50,519 nucleotides of DNA from Oligoflexales bacterium (GTDB lineage: Bacteria; Bdellovibrionota_B; Oligoflexia; Oligoflexales; Bog-1112): assembly GCA_045106415.1 (NCBI GenBank), contig JBGCEP010000070.1, positions 1-50,519 of the forward strand, in the 5' to 3' direction. The translations under genes were made by a program, and so were the position numbers. The notes beneath the pieces are model-generated. The model worked only from the letters and a program-made list of their open reading frames with translations. It had not been told where the DNA came from and searched no databases. Positions 49,438-50,519 of this stretch are shown one piece after another; positions within the stretch are counted from its first letter, which is position 1, and each line of letters begins with the position of its first letter.

Positions 49438-49810
49438 CAATAAAAAAAGAGGAAAAAGGTCTTATGATTAACAATAACCCAAAGATTTTAGAAGTGCTAC
49501 GCCTACAAGTTCAAATTTTTACTGAGCTCGGGTCATTCGAAATGTCTGTACTGTCTGATGGGATCTTGGATTTGAACCACTAAAATCTGAAAATTTTAAT
49601 TTCATTACCACAGACTTTTGCATACCAAATATTGATGACTCACAAGTGATTAAATTATTACAACCCACACTGCCTCACAATCAAAACACTCCTACTCTAG
49701 GCTTGAGCGCTCACCTTCCTCTTATTCATGATTTTCGGCCATCTCGATAGTGTCCAGTTTCAAAGCGAACCGCATCAATGTGATTCATCAGAAGGTATAA
49801 TTTTCATTTT

Positions 49811-50365
49811 GTAACCCCTCACACCTATTGATCTAGCTACAAAATTATCATTTGCAAAACATTGCATTTTGGTGCAGTTTTTCGTTATGAAAAAGGAATC
49901 AATTCGAAAAAAGATAGACGACTTAAAGGTCGATGAAGACAAGATACTGGGTTCAGATTCTCTGAACAACGAGGTTCGTCTCTTCATTAAATCAATGCTG
50001 ACAATTATCGACATCATTGTTGCGCTTCTCTTAGAAAAGAAGACGCGGAAAAACTCTAGTAATAGCGGCCTTCCCCCATCACGCAACAATGGACCAAATG
50101 GCAACAGAAATAACCCTGATGGAGGTCACACCAGCTTGAAAACACACGCAAGGTGGAGAGCTCATCCACAGTCTCGGTTAGTGATTATGTGAAGTGCGGC
50201 ACCAGTCTCACTGAGATTGAAGCATCTGATGTTGAGGAACGGGCTAAAATTGATATTGTCTACGAAATTACCGAGCATACCGTTCAATCTGAGATCAAAG
50301 AGTGTCCGCCCTGCGATCTTGAGAATAAGGGTAAGTTTCCGGCTGGAATGGATGGCAAAATTCAG
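49811..50365 (+). mobile_element. IS66-family TnpC transposase remnant (5' part, frameshifted, interrupted by IS630)
   Basis: Probable left end GTAACCCCTCAC at 49811. RKNSSNSGLPPS, then in another frame CG...ITEH...KECPPC...KGKFP...IQY. Confidence 0.8.
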
Positions 50366-50519
50366 TATAGCATTGGCCGCATTTATTTACTCAACATCTT
50401 CATAGCCGCACAAACAGCATCATAAATAGAGTCACATCCATCTCTGAGAATTTTTCGTATTTTTGTTTTAACTTGATGCCACTTGTGTTCGATAGGATTG
50501 AGATCTGGACTATATGGGG
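50366..50519 (-). mobile_element. IS630-family element, right end (second copy, inverted), runs off the window
   Basis: Reverse complement of 26006-26159 with 4 mismatches seen by eye. Begins at a TA. Confidence 0.92.

Noticed and set aside
49464..49583. 39-aa small ORF (MINNNPKILEV...) with a purine-rich upstream sequence
   Set aside because: Too short, with no motif or other support.
922..50425. Numerous short overlapping or antisense ORFs in the track (e.g. 922-1269, 24249-24755, 46198-46734, 49775-50104)
   Set aside because: They lie within or opposite well-supported genes or IS remnants and show no recognisable motifs.
1..50519. CRISPR array, tRNA, rRNA or prophage
   Set aside because: No regularly spaced direct repeats, cloverleaf or rRNA-like tracts, or phage structural or integrase genes were seen.

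Overview
AT-rich bacterial window. The gene repertoire (many lipoproteins, PilZ/HDOD/Crp proteins, GspC-like PDZ, EpmA, SrkA) suggests a Bdellovibrionota/Oligoflexia-like organism, but this taxonomy is inferred. The left half (1-25.2 kb) is accessory. It carries a signal-peptide-bearing SF2 helicase resembling poxvirus/giant-virus D6/D11 helicases with a C-terminal beta-barrel-like domain, a eukaryote-like Ser/Thr kinase with a signal peptide and a class-3 lipase. It also carries a tightly coupled 4-gene operon (unknown protein, MotA-like, MotB/OmpA-like, 1410-aa SF1 helicase with a nuclease-like tail), a signal-peptide ATP-grasp protein, GH18 and GH16 lipoproteins and betBA. The 4-gene operon is the best candidate for an undescribed Zorya-like defence system. 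A fused IS5/IS630 relic at 25.3-26.2 kb separates this from a more housekeeping-like right half. The window ends in an IS66 remnant interrupted by an inverted second copy of the same IS630. A sigma28/FliA-like motif precedes all six predicted lipoproteins and the gspC-like gene. No rRNA, tRNA or CRISPR array was seen. All family calls come from motif reading by eye; no database search was run.
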